From the NCBI GenBank assembly GCA_964016885.1, contig OZ024742.1, positions 45,570,001-45,634,000 on the forward strand: a stretch of DNA of 64,000 nucleotides, read 5' to 3'. This stretch comes from Eledone cirrhosa (Eukaryota). A model generated the notes under the pieces. It did no database searches. It saw only the letters and a program-made list of their open reading frames with translations, and had not been told where the DNA came from. Below, piece by piece: positions 62,977-64,000 of this stretch (its first letter is position 1; every line of letters begins with the position of its first letter). A program made the translations under genes and the position numbers.

Positions 62977-63739
62977 GTAAGTATTAAAGAAATGCTCTCT
63001 ATCTTTATAGTTTAAACCTTTCATTATCATTAAAGTCCCAGTAATGTACTGGGTTATTGCTGGCCTTGTGCATAAAGTAGAAACAATTATCATATTTCTA
63101 ATGAAAGGCTCCAAGAATTTGAATGGATTCAGTAATGTAACAAACTACTCATTAAGTTGATGTTCAGAACATAACTTAACACAGGTTCTTACATAAAATT
63201 ATGATAGTTTTATAAAACATAAATAAGTTTTTAAAAAGTATGTTATGCAATATTTAAATACCTTTTGGCATCTTTTATTTTAAGGAAAATGGGCAATACA
63301 ATAGATGCCAATAGGTGCCTTATGTATAGATTTGAGCACAGTACAGACCGGGCTAGTATATATACTTATCATATGTTGTTTTAGCTCTCTCTCTCTCTTT
63401 ATATATATATATATATACACACACACATCACTTCCCCTCACCATATCTCTTCCCCCTCCCCCATTTTCTTTCTCTATCTCTCTCTTACTCCTCCCTTTGT
63501 TATATATTTACCTGTTTATGTCTCTCTACATCATCAATTATGTATATCTGCTGTCTGAGCAACAAATGCTGGAAATTAGAGCTGCTAATTCCTCCTAATA
63601 GCTTCTCTACATACCTGTTGTTGTTCTTGTTAATGCTGGTAGTGGTGGTGGTGTTATTAGTGATGGTGGTGTTAGCAAACTAGAATGAAAAGCATTGCAG
63701 CCATGACCATCATGTTTTTTAGGAGTACGCAGTAGGGAG

Positions 63740-64000
63740 ACATTATTGTATGTGCTCTTCCATGTGATTTGTGTTAAAGTAGACCCCACCCCAATATTGT
63801 CTATGTATTAAATAGACTATTCAATGTGTTCTTCTGTGTAATCTGAGGGAAAGTAGAGCGCCCCCCCCCCCCCCCCCCCCTAAAAAAAAATAAAAAAAAC
63901 ATTGACTATATATTAACTAGACACTACTCAGTGTGCTCTTCCATGAGTTTTGATGGAGAGTAGACCCTCCCAAACATTGACTATATATTAACTAGACACT
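63740..64000. repeat. Degenerate tandem repeat of about 76 bp running off the window end
   Basis: Recurring gtgctcttccatg...agtagaccc...attgactatatattaactagacact. Confidence 0.65.

Overview
AT-rich, repeat-saturated animal genomic DNA. The mix of RTE LINEs, tRNA-derived SINEs and kilobase (TA)n arrays suggests a coleoid cephalopod (octopus-like); this is inference. The only host gene I can support is a TPRG1L/hSac2-domain gene on the + strand, seen as two phase-compatible exons (15658-15749 and 62800-62976) separated by a ~47 kb intron. The rest is retroelements and repeats: a CR1-type LINE, a near-full-length Tx1/L1 LINE, many RTE copies from three families (one intact, with TSD and a PHD-like finger), two Penelope-like elements, several SINE families, a hAT(m)-like DNA transposon with nested insertions, MITEs and satellites. 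Most interesting: (1) a highly structured 469-bp repeat, in tandem and inverted copies, each full unit carrying a minimal Type I hammerhead ribozyme (retrozyme/Penelope pseudo-LTR-like), plus a second unrelated hammerhead-bearing module; (2) a chimeric SINE that shares its body with the 3' UTR of one RTE family and its tail with another. Long YI-repeat ORFs are microsatellite artefacts. All alignments and folds were done by eye, so element boundaries are approximate.
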